From NCBI RefSeq assembly GCF_000143415.4, contig NW_003314261.1:4986360-5050359 (forward strand): a stretch of DNA of 64,000 bases, given 5' to 3'. The DNA comes from Selaginella moellendorffii (taxonomy: Eukaryota; Plantae; Lycopodiophyta). The notes under the pieces were generated by a model. It saw nothing but the letters and a program-made list of their open reading frames with translations, ran no database searches and had not been told where the DNA came from. The position numbers and the translations under genes were made by a program. Positions 61,268 through 64,000 of the stretch are shown here, in pieces. Each line of letters begins with the position of its first letter. Within the stretch, counting starts at the first letter, position 1.

Positions 61268-64000
61268 ATTGCTCACTTCGTGCTTATTCTTTATGTGCTT
61301 CTCTACAAGCTTTATGTGCTTCTCTACAAGTCTCTTAACTTTTCAAGTCAAAGTTTTTGGCCCAAATGTGTTACACTCGTTAAACTTCTACTTCAACCAT
61401 TGCCATATATTACACTTTTGGCACTATTTTGGGACTTAGGGATTTGTATCTTACAATTCTACCACCCATAGACAAAGTTTAATATCCTTATTGAATGATA
61501 ATTTATTCCAAGCCACTATTCATCAATAGTTTAACATTAACAACTCATCACACTTAAGAGTATAGCCCCAATTTATAAATTTATTACCTCATTTGTGATT
61601 GTTCTTTCACTTTGTTGATTTAGATCCCACTAAACCCACCTTTTTCTATCTCAATCTTATTACTCACTTTAGAGTAATCTCAGACTATATCAATATAAAG
61701 ATTATATTTTAGAACCTTAACATTGACTTCCTGTATCAATTTCTTAGGTGTTTTTAACACTTTTCTATGCACATTATTATGGTATACACTTTACTTCCCT
61801 ATCCTAAAGAATTCTTTACTTAAGAGCACTATCATTCTTTCTTTTATTTTGTGCCAAACTCACTATATAGTAAACTTTATAAAGAGTTTTCTCCCTTTGG
61901 ATTTATCTAAAGTCTAACTTTATCACTTTTAGTGTTTTTACACTTATTTTCCAAAATTGATTGGACTTTTAACTTCCAATTCTATATCTCGTACTATTTG
62001 TCATATTATTTAGATATGAATTTAAACTTCCCAAGAGGCTACTCAATCCAATACTACTTAACCCAAAGACATTTAACCTTAAATATTTCAAGACTTTTAA
62101 CCGATTAAAAAAAGAAAGTGCTCTCTTATCTATAGGCATTTTTCCTTTATATTTAAACCTTTATAAATTATATCTCAAATTGTTCTCTTTAGTTGTTTAC
62201 ACAACTAAAATTGGGTGTCCCCATCTAATTCACAATATCCACAATTATAGAGTATCCCCCACTTGACAATATACTTAAGCCAACATCTTTGCTAAAAGTC
62301 TATAACCACTAAAAAATAAATGTCTTTATATTTTGAACCATCATTACACTTTAATACCCTCATAACACTAAAGAATTAGGATTATAACCCAACCTTTGTA
62401 TATGCATTTATATGTGGCATTAGATAGGATGTCTAGCATGACCCCCCACATTGATGCACTAAACTTATACCCATGTTAATTAACTTCTCTTTCATATATA
62501 CACTATATATCACAACTTAAGAACTTTATTCCTTTTAGCATTTAAGTTATCTCACTTGACAAACTAGATGATTAACCTATATTTATGCATGCACTTCTTC
62601 ATGTTTGGCCTCATAAGCCTTCTTTTCTGAAGTCAACTCTTCATTTAAGCACCTTATTCCTTTAAATGTTAATTTCATTTAGCAAGTCATTTAACCAATG
62701 TAATATGGTTCTATGTATAAGCATATAAATCCTTAAATATTAACTTCCATTCAAAACCATCCTTTTGAATATGTGAAGATTACTTCCTTAACCTTGATAG
62801 CTTACATTATGGCAAGCTTCAAGACCATATTTTATTTATGCTATTTGATTTCATATGTGCTTTATATTCAATTTATATTCAATTTCCTAAATACAAATTT
62901 ACTTAGATTCCCATTTGGAAAATTAAAGGAAATCCACCCTTTAGTTTATTAAGGCCCCTCATTTCATAAACTTTTGTTTATCATTTGGTCTAACATAGAT
63001 ATTTCCATACTTTAGATTCTTTATAATACCATATTTACAAGTAATAACCCTTAAGCTTGCACTGCCAACTTGCATTTCCCCACTCCTAACTTACACAACC
63101 ATCTTTACTTATGTCCTTTAATTTTTATAATTTAGTTTTACCCTTTACAATTTACTTTTGGCTCCATATGTTTCTTTTGTTTATTTTTCTCCATAGTAAG
63201 AGGGTAAATTTGCACTTCTTACTTGCCTTAACAAGTATTCTTAGGGATAAATTTATTTAATAACTTAAAAAATATTTTTTATGCTCAACTTCTAATCTTA
63301 CACTCTAGGATTAGCATTATACTTTATATGCGTTTGTTTGCTTATTGTTAGCCATGCTAAAATACTTTAGGCATTATTCACTTTAGATAAATAGACTTTC
63401 TATATCTCTAGCTTTTCTTTAACCTTGAGACTCGGATAACATTTTCTATCCATTATTCTTTATATGCCTTATCTAATACCTTTATAATACTAAATATCAT
63501 TTTTTTGTATTTTAGGTACTTTTATATTTCAATTATGGATTTCTTAGGCAATAAATATTTCCTTTTATAATAGTATATTGTAATATAAATAATTTTTCTC
63601 TCAAGAGATATATTGAACTTCCTTATCTCAACAAAAAATTTGAGAAGTTAACTTTTACTATTTTAAACAATTGTATCAAAGTTGTGCTTAACTATTTCAT
63701 AGCTATTATGTTCTACAACTCATTGTCAGTGTTTTCACACTTTTATCCACATTTGATCAAACACTTTATTGTTAAGCTTTGTATTTATTCTATATCAATT
63801 CTGTTTCAATTGTGGTTTTTTTGGCTAGTATTTCACGAACTAACTATCTTGATCTATTCAATGCATCTTCTAATGAGAGACTTTGTATCTTGACACCATT
63901 CACTCTATGAACCTTTAAATTCCTACTACATATATAAACTACAAGGAAACTACCATATTGATATAATATTATATAAAATATAAACACTTCTAATAATTAG
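61268..64000 (-). mobile_element. Family C right part and further highly degenerate AT-rich repeat sequence
   Basis: The first ~180 bp resume the homology to about 35420-35575. The remainder is CpG-depleted with no ORFs and cannot be classified. Confidence 0.45.

Noticed and set aside
61289-61330. Perfect 21-bp tandem duplication (also a 15-bp repeat at about 43775-43816)
   Set aside because: Two copies only, so ordinary slippage and not CRISPR-like.
62200-62460. Possible integrase zinc-finger remnant on the - strand
   Set aside because: Too degenerate to assign.

Overview
Eukaryotic land-plant genomic DNA. Very short introns (about 45-70 nt), tightly packed genes and the protein styles suggest a compact non-seed plant genome, most likely the lycophyte Selaginella; this is inference only. 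The window has four blocks. (i) 1-25.8 kb is gene-dense: BAHD acyltransferase, orphan secreted peptide precursor, TTF-zinc-finger protein, mitochondrial ATP synthase gamma, QUA3/PMT13-like methyltransferase, BIN4, two WAT1/UmamiT transporters, FBS-type F-box protein, class III peroxidase, CRM-domain protein, DUF1218 protein and long-chain alcohol oxidase FAO-a. (ii) 26.5-44 kb is an AT-rich transposon graveyard: a (TA)n array, three decayed copies and a solo LTR of one short-LTR Ty3/gypsy family, and a 100-N gap. (iii) 44.4-51 kb is a second dense block: FAO-b, ALDH7B, CPN10, TOM20. (iv) 51.9-64 kb holds a decayed LINE and a full-length chromovirus nested in an older element. Main highlights: ALDH7B sits 70 bp upstream of FAO-b on the same strand, in a neighbourhood with a second FAO, a peroxidase and a BAHD; the chromovirus PBS pairs with its own LTR (Tf1-like self-priming); its LTRs differ almost only by transitions; an orphan secreted protein carries CLE/TDIF-like and Asp-Tyr motifs; and one gypsy copy has an inverted 5' LTR supported by its target-site duplication. 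Exon boundaries and counts were read by eye.
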